From assembly GCF_006345805.1 (NCBI RefSeq), contig NC_043004.1, positions 51,770,001-51,834,000 of the forward strand: a stretch of DNA of 64,000 nucleotides. Direction: 5' to 3'. The position numbers and the translations under genes are program-made. The DNA is from Octopus sinensis (Eukaryota). The notes under the pieces were generated by a model. That model searched no databases. It was not told the DNA's origin and was given only the letters and a program-made list of their open reading frames with translations. Positions within the stretch are counted from its first letter, which is position 1; every line of letters starts with the position of its first letter. Shown here piece by piece: positions 63,976 through 64,000 of this stretch.

Positions 63976-64000
63976 AAGGACACAGGGAAAAATGTGTCAA

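Noticed and set aside
62910-64000. Long YI/CV-rich ORFs (also at 12.0, 15.1, 21.3 and 53.8 kb)
   Set aside because: Translations of TA/TG/CA microsatellites.
56400-64000. Tetraspanin start exon
   Set aside because: I found no M…C.KY…FN..FW-like segment ending at a phase-0 donor. Candidates near 59905 and 60385 hit stops or lack the motif.

Overview
Eukaryotic, AT-rich, repeat-dense genomic DNA. The tRNA-headed SINEs and microsatellite style look like octopus (coleoid cephalopod); this comes from pattern recognition, not a database search. The one protein-coding gene I can support is a minus-strand tetraspanin. I rebuilt it from seven GT-AG exons between 56339 and 17130, covering the end of TM1, TM2, TM3, a 6-Cys large loop with CCG and PxSCC, and TM4. 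Its start exon was not found and probably lies beyond 64000. The terminal exon is one base short of the reading frame that gives a typical tetraspanin C-terminus. About 5 kb without recognisable TEs follows it and is probably the 3' UTR. The rest is decayed or non-autonomous mobile DNA: several SINE families, mariner, Tc1 and maT-like fossils, CR1, RTE and Tx1-like LINE fragments, piggyBac-, hAT- and TA-type MITEs, and a 1.7 kb Helitron carrying a decayed coding fragment. The most interesting signal is three minimal type-I hammerhead ribozyme motifs (about 8.95, 23.9 and 62.9 kb), each with a different palindromic loop 3. Two sit in Penelope- or retrozyme-like repeat structures. There are also many long inverted repeats that could form dsRNA in the host pre-mRNA. 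Nearly all ORFs in the supplied track are microsatellite or SINE artefacts. No rRNA, true tRNA or CRISPR array is supported.
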